Assembly (NCBI GenBank): GCA_950097015.1
Contig: CATNEN010000041.1
Location: 1,798,001 to 1,862,000 of the forward strand
Length of the DNA stretch: 64,000 nucleotides
Reading direction: 5' to 3'
Source: Macrostomum hystrix
Lineage: Eukaryota > Animalia > Platyhelminthes
Shown one piece after another: positions 62,991 to 64,000 of this stretch (within the stretch, counting starts at the first letter, position 1; every line of letters starts with the position of its first letter). The notes beneath the pieces are model-generated. The model searched no databases, was not told where the DNA came from, and was given only the letters and a program-made list of their open reading frames with translations. The position numbers were made by a program, and so were the translations under genes.

Positions 62991-64000
62991 CATGTATTAT
63001 AGAATGCTTTTATTCCATTGAATACGCTTCTTGTCATCAAAACGTTTCTGATGGTGTTGTCCTGTGCTTCTTCTGCTACATAACGATTACGTAAAGTCGT
63101 TTTTTGAGAAAATGTTTTCATTTTATTGTGGGTTACCATGTCTCGCAAAACTTGATGAAAAATATTCAAAGTTTTCGTAAAAAATTTGATTGGACCATAT
63201 TTCCATGCCATAAGGTTACAACCGCTAGCGCAACATTTAATATAAGAGATTTCCCATTTTATACCAGCTCCTGTAGTGCGCGTTTGAGTATCATAGAGCA
63301 TAATTTTATAACACTGTTGATTTGTCTTGTCAATGAACATCTAAAAACACAGCGATCGCAAGTGTATTGTATTAAAGGTTTGGTGCTACAAATAGAGGCA
63401 TATGCTTCTACTACACTTTTTGGCAAAAGTACATAAAGAACGATTGTATTTCGTCAGTAATAAAACAGGCGTTGGCCTTTTTGCTTGTTGGCAGCTATAG
63501 AAACAGCTGTAAAAAATGGTTGAGTTTTTGTTTATTATGTAAAATAATAATATTTTGTTTCAACTTTGGTTATATTTTGGAATACCTGAAAGGAGAAAAA
63601 AATCTTATGTTAATATTGCCATTGGCAAACTGTAAGCTTAAATTTAAGTGTTTTTTGCAAATATTATAAAGCAAAAAATTGAAATCTATTTAATTTGCAA
63701 TAAGCTATACTCTTATAGATAAGGTGATAGGCAATCAAAAATCTTGGCAAAGTTTTTGAGTTGCCTAGCAACTTAACTAACCTAATAACGAAGTTTCTAA
63801 CCACTTATATATATATATATATAGTTATATATTACTAACTAAATATATATATATAATTACCACTATTAGGCATATAGCTAAATATATGATATAGAACAAT
63901 ATATGATATATAAAACATGTGTAAACTTGCATTCAGTAAGCTAATGGTGTTTTATGCTAGCCCAAACTTCTCTGCTAGCTATAGATCTGTAATATGTTGG

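Overview
Eukaryotic genomic DNA with spliceosomal GT-AG introns, GC3-rich exons and very dense minisatellites. It is most likely the free-living flatworm Macrostomum, inferred from composition and a spliced-leader-like relic. Seven protein-coding genes were reconstructed by hand: a secreted PAN/LamG-like protein (-, runs off the left edge); PP1 catalytic subunit (-) head-to-head with a P2X receptor (+); an NPY/NPF-type GPCR (+); a 3-finger C2H2 transcription factor (+); and an ERp72/PDIA4-like PDI (-) head-to-head with PNPO (+). Mobile DNA comprises a young, 3'-truncated APE-RT LINE (R1/LOA-like) lying between two copies of a 2.2-2.7 kb segment, two tRNA-derived SINEs and an RTE-like remnant. 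There are about 25 tandem arrays and three local duplications. Highlights: a degenerate flatworm spliced-leader copy antisense in a P2X intron; a PDIA4 that has lost two of its three CGHC sites; a GPCR with both activation tyrosines (5.58, 7.53) replaced by His; large intronic arrays that all have 3n unit lengths and mostly carry branch-point/AG motifs; and a possible SL-AUG-initiated N-terminal extension of PNPO. All coordinates and counts were read by eye; no searches were run.
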